A DNA stretch of 63,664 nucleotides, the filler included, from Octopus bimaculoides (Eukaryota): NCBI RefSeq assembly GCF_001194135.2. It is 4 parts of 2 records of this genome, joined end to end, with 100 filler letters (N's around TTAATTAATTAA, not from the genome) between each part and the next. Parts side by side here need not be neighbours in the genome. Positions count along the whole stretch, not along the records: positions 1 to 27,632 come from NC_068989.1; positions 27,733 to 50,169 come from NC_068989.1; 2 more parts are not named here. One strand, 5' to 3'. A program made the position numbers and the translations under genes. This document shows positions 23,421 through 37,041 of the stretch, in pieces (the stretch's first letter is position 1; every line of letters starts with the position of its first letter). The notes beneath the pieces are model-generated. The model was not told where the DNA came from. It made no database searches and worked only from the letters and a program-made list of their open reading frames with translations.

Positions 23421-24643
23421 ATATGATTTTAAATTGTGATTTTAATTTAATATTAGAGGTTAGTTGAAAAGGACCAATGAAACAAAACCAATTTCAAATG
23501 TATATCTATCAACGTAATTGTATATTCATAAATATAAATATAACATTATTTTTGTTCCATTCTCACATACAAGCGCTCACATAATAATCAGCTGTCAAAA
23601 GGTTATTACAAATTGGCAGTCACTTGGTGAAGAATTGTCATATGACATTCTTTCTGTTGTTTACTTAAATAAGGCTTGAAGTTACACATTAATGCATGCA
23701 CATTTATTTTTAGTATTGTTTCTTTAGTGAAACATTAATATTCTACATGAGATTACCGTAATCTTTGATATTTGAATTACCAACAGGCATTACAACATAG
23801 CGCGCGTAAACATTTACGCGTGGAAAGATTAATCCTTGTTATGCATCTCTGTGTAATTTTGAATTTATTGCAATATGTCGTCCACAATGAATGCTACGTG
23901 TATCATGTATGTATATCGATGTGGAAGATAGGCAGCATGCAAATCCAACATTCTGTGGCAGAAAGTGTTGTGCTTTCATTTTGTTTCCTATTAAATCTTA
24001 AGGCGCTGATGCAATAAGTCCCAATCAGGACCTTGTTTACCTTGTTACACTACAACTCTATGAGAGAAGACTTACTCAAATTCTTTGTGTTTAAATCTAG
24101 ATAAAGAACATAATTAACTTTGGAGAATAGATTACTTAACCAGGAAATACTATGTTGGAAGTGAGGCGTTATCATGTTTTAAAGCGTCACACTATAATGA
24201 CGAATCGAACCGCAGGGAAAAATAAAAATCAACATAACCGATTATTTTCCAAACATCAAATGCTGGCTAATTGTTTTACTATGCGGGCATGTAGAACGTC
24301 TATTGTCATCTGTTTGATATAACAGAACGTTAGCAGAATATAATTTAGACAATATTTTCTCACTCAGGTGCCTACAAAAATGATTGTCTTTAAATACAAC
24401 CGAAAGAACTACTGGCAGGTCATATTGATTGTACATCAGTCAAACTAGTGGTGGTGGATGGTGTTGGTAATGTAAATAATACTGCACGACAATTTGCAAA
24501 CTCATATTGAACGCCACCTGCTTATGGTGTCCATTGATGTTGAGCGTAAGCCAGATAGATAAAGCTTGAAAATATTTCTGTCAAATGCTTTGAATAATGT
24601 CATTCGCAGAGTGTCAAATTTGTCAGCCACACTGTCCCGGTAT

Positions 24644-25034
24644 GTTGTTGTTGTTGGCACTCCGTCGCTTACGACGACGAGGGTTCCAGTTGATCCGATC
24701 AACGGAACAGCCTGCTCGTGAAATTAACGTGCAAATGGCTGAGCACTCCACAGACACGTGTACCCTTAACGTAGTTCTCGGGGAGATTCAGCATGACACA
24801 GTGTGACAAGGCTGACCCTTTGAATTACAGGCAGAACAGAAACAGGAAGTAAGAGTGAGAGAAAGTTGTGGTGGAAGAGTACAGCAGGGTTCGCCACCAT
24901 CCCCTGCCGGAGCCTCGTGGAACTTTAGGTGTTTTTGCTCAATAAACACTCACAACGCCCGGTCTGGGAATCGAAACCGCGATCCTATGACCGCGAGTCC
25001 GTTGCCCTAACCACTGGGCAATTGTGCCTCCACT
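24644..25034 (-). mobile_element. tRNA-derived SINE (family C) with an 11-bp TSD
   Basis: Minus-strand head gtggaggcacaattgcccagtggttaggg...ggtttcgattcccaga and (AAC)n tail. Flanked by tgtcccggtat (24633-43) and tgtcacggtat (25035-45). Confidence 0.85.
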
Positions 25035-27159
25035 TGTCACGGTATAGTGGAGGAAAATATCAAAAAGTTTCTGTAAAAGCAATTTTTATTGAGAAAGAAG
25101 CAAAAAAAAAAAAAAAATTGAAACATGAATTGTTATTACAGTTATTATATGCAATAAACACATAATGAAGATCCAGTTACCGGACAAAAGATCTTAAAGT
25201 AAATTAGTTTCGTTTCTCTAAGTTCTGAGCCAGAAATTCAGCAGCTATCATGAGGTGATGATGAATTATATTTGTATAACCTTACTAGAATAGTGTGGCT
25301 TTACGCAAATCTAAAGTACAAATGGGGGAACCGTTGGCATCTGAGTGTAAATGTTAACAAAGTATTAAACTTTGATTTATTACATATTTTGTTAACTTAG
25401 TCCTTTTCTTGTGGACATATAAAATAGGTATGCCATATCTGTTCCAGTATACTGAATATCACATTCATAGAAGTCAAAACATCGGGTCAAAGTAAAGAAC
25501 GATTATTATTTAAAATACCGCAGGTACAGACGTGCCACTAGAATCACTACAATATTGGGGTACATACCATCCTATGCTATTTCATTCTGTTTTCCCAAGT
25601 TCAGTTCAACTTTCCACGGCCTTAACTACATATAGCATCATTTAACACGTTCCCATGTCGATTCAATCAAGTTACCCTCTGCTAAAATGATTCATATCAT
25701 GAATGACAATATTTGAAACGGCAAATTTTAGAATGTCAAATAATTGACTTGTATTATACGATTACGAAAAGTAAAGAACATGCAGCCATATTTTCTTCGA
25801 TTTGTTTTTCTTCGTGTAGGCATTAAAACGATGTTGACAGTAAACACGCTGAAAAGTATTTTAAATTAAGGTGAAGTGGATACAAGTTGACAACTCTTTT
25901 ATCGGGATTCAATAAATAATTCCAGAAAATACTCGAAAAGATGTTAGAAAAATAATTTACAACTTACAGTTGTTGATAATAATGATACTGGTGGTGATAG
26001 TAATGATGATGATGTGGATGACATCTGTGATATACTTAGGTGACAAAAGTGTAGGAAGTTGTATAAATAAAATGTCTGTATTAAGGAATTTAATCTCGTA
26101 GATTGAGTTAAACATAAATCAATTAAGTTTTACCCACATAATAATTATTTGAAACGGTTTAAAGACCTGTAAAAGTTGTTCTTAAACAAGCAGCCTTATT
26201 TCCGTAACCCCTTCATAGGATGTTAATGTTTTGTTGTAGACAATCTATTACGTGTTAAATTGACATATGTGAGATTAACAGCATTATCGTAAGATAACAT
26301 AACCCTCAAAGGAGATATCGATGTAAAACTAGGCACCTCAGTATCATATTCTTTCAGTTCTTGAACCTTAGTGCTGAGTTCGATTCCAGTTTGTAAAGAA
26401 TAGACCAAATTTATGTCATTTTGATTGCTTCAGTATTTTACTTTCAAATTACATTTTATTTCCTTGAAGCATGTCTCCCTAAGGAACATGACGGTGTAAT
26501 AATTAACAAAGACTATATATTAAAATGAAAACAAAAAAGAAAAGTAATTGATATTGTCGATTCCCAACTATATTGAAAACTCTCATCTTCCTACTGAAAA
26601 TAACTGAATGGAACCATATTTCAGTTTGATCCCAAACCAATCAAAGTAACGTTGATATCATGTGATATCATACTCAATGCAATTTCAATATTGCATATTG
26701 GAGCGTACATGCCTTGAGTTCAAACATTTCTCTTGGGTTTTACGACTTTTCAGCTTTAATTAAATTTTGTTTTTCGAAATATATTTTCTTTTTGTTTTCC
26801 TCAAAACGCCTGCTTTCTACAGATTTCAATTCTACGTTTGTATGAAATAGATGAGTGCAAAGCTGAAATAATTCCATAGCATTTGTTTCACATCTAATTT
26901 ATTTTAGTTTCAATAACTTGCATAGGTTTCTTCTAACCTCTGTTGAAAAAGATAATCTGCGCTTCCCACTTCCCAGGAACATATTGTAAGAATCTACCTC
27001 CCTCTCCCTCACACTCCATATATATATATATANNNNNNNNNNNNNNNNNNNNNNNNNNNNNNNNNNNNNNNNNNNNNNNNNNNNNNNNNNNNNNNNNNNN
27101 NNNNNNNNNNNNNNNNNNNNNNNNNNNNNNNNNNNNNNNNNNNNNNNNNNNNNNNNNNN

Positions 27160-27200
<41 letters not shown>

Positions 27201-27732
27201 TGTGTGCGTGCATAAATTATGTTTATATAAGTTTATGCACATACACATTTATGACTACATATATCTGCTATAGTTAGATATGTATATATATATGAATGTA
27301 GAAATATACATATATGGGTGTATTTATATATGCATAAGTATATGTATACACATATACACAGAAATATACATAAACCTACATAAGATATGAAGGGATATAG
27401 TCTTTATGTTGCATGTTTCTTTTCTCTGTTTGTTTTTTTCGTTGTTCGAAAAAAGTTCGTTTTCTGTTTGCGTTTTTGTTTTCGTTTCTCATTGTGTTTA
27501 ACGTGTTTTTTGATGCCCTGTACCCATATATGCATGTATGTACACATATAGATGTAGGTATGTACATATATGTATGGATATATGCATATATCTATATATT
27601 ATTTATATTATATTATATTATATTACACACACNNNNNNNNNNNNNNNNNNNNNNNNNNNNNNNNNNNNNNNNNNNNTTAATTAATTAANNNNNNNNNNNN
27701 NNNNNNNNNNNNNNNNNNNNNNNNNNNNNNNN

Positions 27733-27816
<84 letters not shown>

Positions 27817-27870
27817 GTATGTATATATATGTAGATATATGTATATGTATGTATATATATGTATATGCAT

Positions 27871-28196
27871 ATTATTATTCAGGTCATATGCCCGTGACAT
27901 ATGGCGTAGTGGTTAAGAGTGCGGGCTACTAACCCCAAGATTCCGAGTTCGATTCCAAGCAGTGGCCTGAATAGTACTAACAATAATAATAATAATAATA
28001 ATAACAACAACAACAACATCGAAAAATACCTTAAGAATGAGAACCCAGGTTTGAAATTTCCCCAAGATACCTGATGAAATTCTGGAGGGTATATGAGCCG
28101 AAACGTGTTAAAAACAAATATGAGGAAAAATATCCGTCAATTGTAGATAATGTAAATAATATGCATAATTCCTCATCTCTTAAATTTATAGAACTG
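27871..28196 (+). mobile_element. tRNA-headed, HHR-tailed non-autonomous element, copy 2
   Basis: Residual inverted arm (attattattcaggtca|tatgcccgtg), head tggcgtagtgg (A box)...gagttcgattcc (B box), (AAT)/(AAC)n, tail with CTGATGA (28071) and GAAAC (28100), end tatagaactg. Confidence 0.8.
28066..28110 (+). ncRNA. Decayed hammerhead-like motif
   Basis: gatac-CTGATGA-a-attctg-gagggtatat-gagcc-GAAAC-gt-gtt. Copy 1 supplies cagccGAAACGTT, implying an ancestral ggctg/cagcc stem II (inferred). Confidence 0.5.
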
Positions 28197-29468
28197 AAAT
28201 TTATAATTGTACTTATATATCTATCGCCATTATTTTTATGAAATAATATCCACCCGAAAATCTCATTAAACGTTTTAATCTATGCCAAACAAAAATAGCT
28301 CTAAATTTCCATCATTGGATTGGAAACTTTACCGCTTCTGTACGAAGGGAACCATTTATTTATTATCATTATCACTGATTTTATCTGAATCATTTGAAGC
28401 ATGTTGAACACTTAAGCAGATATTGTATGCAATGCAAGTATAATTGTAAGCTGTTATCACAACACTATGTTATATAAAAAGCAATCCAAGTTTCTGTTCG
28501 TTATTAGTATTGGTACGAATAACTCAGCTGAAATAAGCGACCTCATAGATTTAGATTTATTATTCAAGCTCCCATATATTTGTTATCTACACTGATATGG
28601 TAACCTCGTAACTTTTCAGGGTTTTGATCTGCAATAAATAGCAAGCCTAAGAGAAAACTGCTACGCAGACCCTTCGAACATTTTGGACATCTAATAATAC
28701 TGATGCCAATCTAATGATCAAGAACGTTGTAGTTGTCTCAACTGTAAGCCTAATGTCCCTACTATAAACCTAATGAAATATCAAACTGCACCCACAAACA
28801 TTCAAATCACCAACAATTTTATCTTAGTTAACCTAGATAAAAATATTTCCATTAAAATCTCTAGCTTCTGTACTAATTCCCCTCATTATTATAAAGAAAC
28901 ATATTCTAGCGATTGTTAGAAAGAGAATATTGTGTAAAGACGAAACTAGAAATACACAAGTAAAACCTAGGACAAGCATGCCATCAGATACAATCTGTTT
29001 CTTAATTTAAATGTAGTTCTTTTTTTTTTACCAAAAGTTTTCCTTACATTTCAGATCGTTTAATTTCTGGAAATATTCATATCCTTCATTACTATACATG
29101 CTAAAAATATTTTAATATCATAACAAATTATTACTCCACTCCATTTTATCCTTGTCGCATCTTCTAATCTCTCAGAATTAAAGCAATACATCAATAACAT
29201 AACTATAACATCAGCTGCAAAAATTGCCTTTAATAGTCTCTATAACACACACGAATTCTCTCTGTCTCTTATGAGGTCACAGATGTGTGACAAAAGAACT
29301 CTGGCCGAAATAACCTTAATATAAAATAAAGCTGAAACAAGTGAAAACCAAGTATACAGAGCGTGTGTTTCCATTGGCTAGACTGACAACATGACCATCC
29401 CTAAATACAATATGTATGTATTGATAGATAGACAAATATAGATATATAAACATATACATATAAATATA

Positions 29469-30140
29469 TGCATTCCATTATCCAAGAGTGTGGGATCATA
29501 TCGTATGCCTTACGATAGTCGATCCATGTCATGGCTAAGTTTTGTCTATCAGGTGTTGATCCTTGGTACCTCTGCACTTACGCTTGCAACCCTTCTGCTC
29601 ATGTGGCAGGACTCCATTTTTCTCCAGATGTCCGTACATTGACTCTGCGAGAATTCCAGTCAATAATTTCCACATAAGTGGCAGACAGGATATCGGCCTG
29701 TAATTGTCTACCACATTGCCTTTTTCGATGCTTTTCAAGCACAGCACTGTCCTACCCAATGTCAAAACCTCTGGTGTAACAAGGTGTTGAGTTGTGCAGC
29801 TATTCGTGCATGACATTCACCAAATCATTCGATCCAGTAGCCTTGAACACCATCTGGGCCCGGGGCCTTCCAGTTGCTTATTTTTGTGCTGATTTTCTTC
29901 ACTTCGCTAACTGAAATGACTAATTCTGCTTGTTTTGGACAAACTACTGTTTGATTCAGTTCTTGCAACTATTCAGCATCCTTCTTGTGTTCCTTGTCTT
30001 TGCTCCAGATGTCACTCCAAAACCTTTGACTGTCATTGTTATCTGGTATCAACTTTTCATCTGCACACTCTCCATTTTATTTCGTTATAGAATCTCTTCT
30101 AATATGATATGAATAATTCTCAGAGGAAATTCTCAGAAGA
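29469..30140 (-). mobile_element. R4/Dong-clade non-LTR RT fragment
   Basis: KRFYNEI...RFWSDIW...NWKAPGPDGVQGYW...GRTVL...[18 protein letters not shown]...[20 protein letters not shown]...MTWIDYRKAYDMIPHSWI. The 5' end abuts (AAT)n. Confidence 0.85.
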
Positions 30141-30141
30141 G

Positions 30142-30450
<309 letters not shown>

Positions 30451-30689
30451 TCAATACAGATATTTACCGAAGGTGATAATGAAATTATAGACATATATTA
30501 TTGCTTATCTGGCTGCAGCTAGAAATATAATTTGCACTTAAGCTTAAATTCTTAATACCCTCACTGAAGCTGGGGCCATTTTGACTTTTATATTTTGATA
30601 GAATTATAATTATTTATTTTTTACCTGGGTAATTAGAGAAATAAATACAAATTTATTGTAAGACAAATATATATATCTATATGCCAATA

Positions 30690-30753
<64 letters not shown>

Positions 30754-30789
30754 TATGTATATATTTAGATTCACATGAATATATCTAAG

Positions 30790-30856
<67 letters not shown>

Positions 30857-30944
30857 CACATATATATACATACATATACACACTGACACACACACACATA
30901 TATATATATATATAGGAAAACACACACATATATACATTTATATA

Positions 30945-30997
<53 letters not shown>

Positions 30998-31803
30998 NNN
31001 NNNNNNNNNNNNNNNNNNNNNNNNNNNNNNNNNNNNNNNNNNNNNNNNNNNNNNNNNNNNNNNNNNNNNNNNNNNNNNNNNNNNNNNNNNNNNNNNNNNN
31101 NNNNNNNNNNNNNNNNNNNNNNNNNNNNNNNNNNNNNNNNNNNNNNNNNNNNNNNNNNNNNNNNNNNNNNNNNNNNNNNNNNNNNNNNNNNNNNNNNNNN
31201 NNNNNNNNNNNNNNNNNNNNNNNNNNNNNNNNNNNNNNNNNNNNNNNNNNNNNNNNNNNNNNNNNNNNNNNNNNNNNNNNNNNNNNNNNNNNNNNNNNNN
31301 NNNNNNNNNNNNNNNNNNNNNNNNNNNNNNNNNNNNNNNNNNNNNNNNNNNNNNNNNNNNNNNNNNNNNNNNNNNNNNNNNNNNNNNNNNNNNNNNNNNN
31401 NNNNNNNNNNNNNNNNNNNNNNNNNNNNNNNNNNNNNNNNNNNNNNNNNNNNNNNNNNNNNNNNNNNNNNNNNNNNNNNNNNNNNNNNNNNNNNNNNNNN
31501 NNNNNNNNNNNNNNNNNNNNNNNNNNNNNNNNNNNNNNNNNNNNNNNNNNNNNNNNNNNNNNNNNNNNNNNNNNNNNNNNNNNNNNNNNNNNNNNNNNNN
31601 NNNNNNNNNNNNNNNNNNNNNNNNNNNNNNNNNNNNNNNNNNNNNNNNNNNNNNNNNNNNNNNNNNNNNNNNNNNNNNNNNNNNNNNNNNNNNNNNNNNN
31701 NNNNNNNNNNNNNNNNNNNNNNNNNNNNNNNNNNNNNNNNNNNNNNNNNNNNNNNNNNNNNNNNNNNNNNNNNNNNNNNNNNNNNNNNNNNNNNNNNNNN
31801 NNN

Positions 31804-31840
<37 letters not shown>

Positions 31841-32004
31841 CGACGGGCTTCTTTCAGCTTCCGTCTACCAAATCCACTCACAAGGCCTTGGTCGGCCGGA
31901 GGCTTATAGTAGGAGACACTTGCCCAAGGTGCCACGCAGTGAGACAGAGCTCAGAACCATGTGGTTAGTAAGAAAGCTACTTACCACACAGCCACCCATG
32001 CTCC
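31841..32004 (-). mobile_element. SINE-A 5' half
   Basis: cgacgggcttctttcag...cacttgcccaaggtgccacgcagtg...gctacttaccacacagcc. Confidence 0.9.
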
Positions 32005-32149
32005 TATATACACACACACACACACACACACACCCACACACACACACACACACACACATACGTGTGTGTGTGTATATACATATTGTCAGGGAAAGATAGA
32101 TAAGTAAATAATCATACGTAAAAATATGTACGTATGTTTGCGAGCAAGT

Positions 32150-32325
32150 GTGTATGTTTGTATGTATGTATGTATGTATACATATATGTATGTATGTAGG
32201 TTGGTAGGTAGATAGGCAGGTAGGTAGGTAGGTATGTATGTATGTATGTAGTTAGGTAGGTAGGTAGGTAGGTAGGTAGGTAGGTAGGTAGGTAGGTAGG
32301 TAGGTAGGTAGGTAGGTAGGTAGGA
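32150..32325. repeat. (TATG)/(TAGG)n tetranucleotide microsatellite
   Basis: Direct reading. Confidence 0.95.
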
Positions 32326-32694
32326 AGGAAAATATAGAATATCGACATAGATTAGAATAAAAGAAACAATACTTCCAAATAATAATCGATATCGAAAAAT
32401 TCTATAATTAAACATCCGAATCAAACACAGGCTGTTTACTCTCACTGGGTGGTTATTCTGGGTATACATCATTACAGCTTGTTTAATATTGTACTATTCT
32501 GGAGGCCACATGACACAAAGTGTAATACATGCCTTTTTGTATGCTTGTGCTTGAGTTCCCCCATGTACAGTCACTAGGTGGTTTTCCTTATATTCGGATG
32601 CTTCATTTCATTCATCTCTACATCTGTTTCTTCGTATCCTACTAAACCACCTCCGTTCCTATAATTTGTCCATGGAAGGTTTTTTATATATATA

Positions 32695-32857
32695 GGCGTA
32701 GGAGTAGCTGTGTGGTAAGTAGCTTGCTAACAAACCACATGGTTCCGGGTTCAGTCCCACTGCGTGGCACCTTGGGCAAGTGTCTTCTACTATAGCCTCG
32801 GGCCGACCAAAGCCTTGTGAGTGGATTTGGTAGACGGAAACTGAAAGAAGCCCGTCG
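32695..32857 (+). mobile_element. SINE-A 5' half (runs into N-gap)
   Basis: Near-consensus head and body up to gaagcccgtcg. Confidence 0.92.
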
Positions 32858-33779
32858 TATTACGTATANNNNNNNNNNNNNNNNNNNNNNNNNNNNNNNN
32901 NNNNNNNNNNNNNNNNNNNNNNNNNNNNNNNNNNNNNNNNNNNNNNNNNNNNNNNNNNNNNNNNNNNNNNNNNNNNNNNNNNNNNNNNNNNNNNNNNNNN
33001 NNNNNNNNNNNNNNNNNNNNNNNNNNNNNNNNNNNNNNNNNNNNNNNNNNNNNNNNNNNNNNNNNNNNNNNNNNNNNNNNNNNNNNNNNNNNNNNNNNNN
33101 NNNNNNNNNNNNNNNNNNNNNNNNNNNNNNNNNNNNNNNNNNNNNNNNNNNNNNNNNNNNNNNNNNNNNNNNNNNNNNNNNNNNNNNNNNNNNNNNNNNN
33201 NNNNNNNNNNNNNNNNNNNNNNNNNNNNNNNNNNNNNNNNNNNNNNNNNNNNNNNNNNNNNNNNNNNNNNNNNNNNNNNNNNNNNNNNNNNNNNNNNNNN
33301 NNNNNNNNNNNNNNNNNNNNNNNNNNNNNNNNNNNNNNNNNNNNNNNNNNNNNNNNNNNNNNNNNNNNNNNNNNNNNNNNNNNNNNNNNNNNNNNNNNNN
33401 NNNNNNNNNNNNNNNNNNNNNNNNNNNNNNNNNNNNNNNNNNNNNNNNNNNNNNNNNNNNNNNNNNNNNNNNNNNNNNNNNNNNNNNNNNNNNNNNNTAT
33501 ATATATATATATATATATTTGATTATTGAGAGACCGGAAAATGGAAAATACGAGAATGTTTATTGATCTCAATAGTTTCGACCCATTTAACATCGATCCC
33601 TCACAGTGGGATAACAGAACAACTGGTTTTTAGTGATCAATAAACATTGCCGTATCTTCCATCTTCCGTCTCTCTCATTAAACAAATAGCCAACGAGCAC
33701 TGTGAAAGTGAACGTGCTTTACCAGTAAGCTACCAGGTGTATACCATACGATTCATCACTTAATAATATACATCTGTGT

Positions 33780-34190
<411 letters not shown>

Positions 34191-34279
34191 TAGAGATATA
34201 AATTACTGAAAAAATATTCTTGTTTAATATGAGGTGAAATCTCTAATTTCAAGTGCTGCTGATTTTCGGTCCTATTTTT

Positions 34280-36330
34280 AGCCTTACATAACTATGCAGG
34301 ACCACACGCAGACTCTCTGGCAGACACACTCTCACACCGTTAAAAAATGACCCTGAGATATATATTAATTACAAGAGATAAGAAAATTAACTTCGTGTTG
34401 CTAAACTGAAACGTTAGATTCGTCATGCCAGGCGACAAATCAACGCGTGGTATGAAAATTCTTGCTTCCTTATTGCTACAAGTTATTTCTGCACGAAGAG
34501 TTTCTTTAACGATAAGCCGCGTTCAGTTACTGAAACTATTCTAGATTGAGGATATGAACTACCTGCATAATTTAGCTAACATTCACTTTGAAATTATGAG
34601 ACACATTCCGGATGGAATTGGTTCATATATGAATTTCACAGGAAACTTTGAATCCACATGGTCATCATATTGAAAAATAGAATTCTTCATATTTCATATT
34701 TGAATGTATTTCTATTTCTTATGCTATTTCATATTTGAATTTATTACACCAGCGCTACTGCTTCTATTTCATATTTGAATTTATCCTTACGTTTGTATTC
34801 CTCTGATATAAGAAGTAAAAACTGCAAAATGTGATTGCTAAGATTTAATGCGTCCTTATGTTTTCGTGTGTGTATAATCGTCGTGGACAACTCATTGCTA
34901 GTATTCATCGAATCTCCATAAATATTACTCACAATATATATCTTTATTGCATTGATTCCTAATGGTGTGGGAAGTGCAGCATCATAAAATCCCTGCTTGT
35001 TTTGTTAAAGTTCCATCACCAATGCTTAAGATCCAACTGTTAAATTCTTTTGTCTAGCAGTATTCATATTGACTGTGAGATGGACTACTTTCACGCTTTT
35101 CGCTAATGGGAAAGTTTTTAATGAATGATTCTATTATGGTAAATTTCACGATTATTTTGGCATCTGACGAAGGGCTTCACCAAGTTAAAATGTCTTTCTG
35201 CCAAAACGGTGACCGGTCAACGCAATCTCTTTTATAAACTGGTCCATTATATGCTTTATATCACTTGATAAAGTAGAGACTTTCTCAATGATGATATGAG
35301 AAATAACATAAATATGCTGTGCACCATAGTATCATTTCTTCATTGATAAATTTATTTCTATCACTGAAATGGAACTGGAAGCCTTTGTGCGCAATTCGTC
35401 ATACGTTAAGCAAATCAGCAGCTACTCCAGTTGTTACGAGACAAGAAATATCTGACCTTTCTTTGTATCAAGCGGATGAGTATGTTGCAAAGGTAGGTTT
35501 TTCTACAGGTCCACCAGATCCGTCTTAGAAGAAAACTCCTTGTGATTTTGGCATTAATAGTGACATGATTTATCTCAGAATCAGTATTCTGTATGGAATT
35601 AAGAGTTTTCTTTCATTAGCACTTCATTGTTCCTTCAACATATTTACTTGAGACGCATAAATAACTGACACTCTGTCGGTTATGATGACGAGTGTTCCAG
35701 ATGATCCGATCAATCGAACAGTCTGCTTGTGAAATTCCATAGACACGCGTACCTTTAACGTAGTTCTTAGGGAGAATTAGCACAGAACATGAAAAGACTG
35801 GCCCTTTGAATAACAGGTACGACCAATTTTTGCCAGCTGAGTGGACCGGAACAACGTGAAATAAATGTCTTGCTCATGGACACAACACACCACCGAGAAC
35901 TGAACTCATGACTTTACGATCGGGAATTGAATACTCTTAGCCACTGAGCCATACGCCTTCACGGTTAGGATCCATAATTAACCATTGGACATCAATCTGG
36001 CAGGCAAAATAGGGTACAATTAAAAGCAGAAAACTGTCTTAAGTAGATTTCTGAAAACTCTTCTATACATTTATTTTAATGCATTCGATGCCATTTTATA
36101 AGATCTTTTGGTTTGTTGAATGTCCATTTTTTGCATAGGTTTGTTTGCTTCATACGACATGGTTTGTCAACAACGCAGCTACTTCCAGACATCTTATCTA
36201 TTCATTACCTTCAGTAAGGTACGTGCGAACTCCTAGAAATTTCAAAAGCTTACCACCTTCACTTCAGAAAACTCGAAAACGTTAGCACCAGTAGCATGCT
36301 GTTGCAATAGAAGATGAATCCGCTCAATAT
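34280..36330 (-). mobile_element. Decayed Helitron RepHel: PIF1-type helicase domain plus upstream linker, interrupted by a SINE
   Basis: Colinear motifs on the minus strand: LTEGNE*IRCLEVAA (~36200), FLL.GSGG...TF (~35510), LVTTGVAADLL...RIAH (~35420), IIIEKVS (~35285), FGRKTF*LGEALRQM (~35170), LTVNM (~35090), WILSIGDG (~35020), IYGD (~34915), PSGM (~34610), TRLIV (~34515), FIPRVDL (~34450), QG (~34355). Confidence 0.75.
35665..35960 (-). mobile_element. SINE (family C 3' part with a different central domain) inserted in the Helitron relic
   Basis: gatccgatcaa..gaacag.ctgct.gtgaaatt...acgtagttct..ggga is shared with 24660-24840. Contains cagctgagtggaccggaacaacgtgaaataaatgtcttgctcatggacacaac. 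Confidence 0.75.
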
Positions 36331-37041
36331 CCCTGACAGAATAAATCCTTGGTATTATTTTATTTTCAGTTCTTTCCTTCTTCCTTTCTTTCTTTTTTTT
36401 TGTTTATTATTTTTTTTTTTCTATTGACCTGTTCCTTTCTTGGAATGATATACACAACCGTTTTCTGATTTACCTACCTGATGCGAAAAATAATCGACTA
36501 ACTGTGATTTCCACCGTTGAAAAAATAAACAAAAGCGTCGAAAAGTAATTGTGAAAATATCTGTGAAATTTCTTGGTCGTTATCTAATATAATTAATATA
36601 CTATAAATACTCGTATTGGCTGGCGATCAGAAATCACGATTAACAAACTAAGCATCAACCATATTAGGGTCAGGCAGCTTCTGCCCTTCCGCACAGAGAA
36701 TGGAATATATATATATACATATATATGGATTATAACTGAATATTTCTAACCAAATTATTTAACTACATTTCCTGGAGTCATCTTTGGCTTGCCTTCATCC
36801 GATCAATCCAGGGTTGGTGGAGTGGGATTACATAAAGTAGAACTACTATAAATGCCGAAACTGCAAATTCTGGAGTCTGGATAGAAATGAAAATAAAACT
36901 TTCTTTTGGTTACGTCTGTTCATGCTACTGCGTTTGTTATATTTTCCTCAACTTACAAAACGACTCATGCTCCCCTTCCCCAAAATACGCACACGCACAT
37001 GCAGACATACTTATAAACACACATGTATATATACAATATTA

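Noticed and set aside
27677-27688. TTAATTAATTAA 12-mer between N-runs (also 50214-50225 and 61305-61316)
   Set aside because: Each is centred in exactly 44 N + 12 + 44 N = 100 bp and places stops in all frames. It is an assembly gap spacer, not biology.
27900-27970. Genuine tRNA genes (here and at 4015-4085, 24960-25030, 50941-51005)
   Set aside because: A and B boxes are present, but acceptor stems do not close and the sequences continue into repeat bodies. These are SINE-type heads.
28560-28960. Possible LINE endonuclease/linker remnant (IKNVVVV...)
   Set aside because: Only one vague motif; it cannot be distinguished from chance by eye.
35161-35200. CTGACGAAGG hammerhead-like core
   Set aside because: No paired stem II or GAAA follows. 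It is the antisense of Helitron helicase motif III (GEALRQM).
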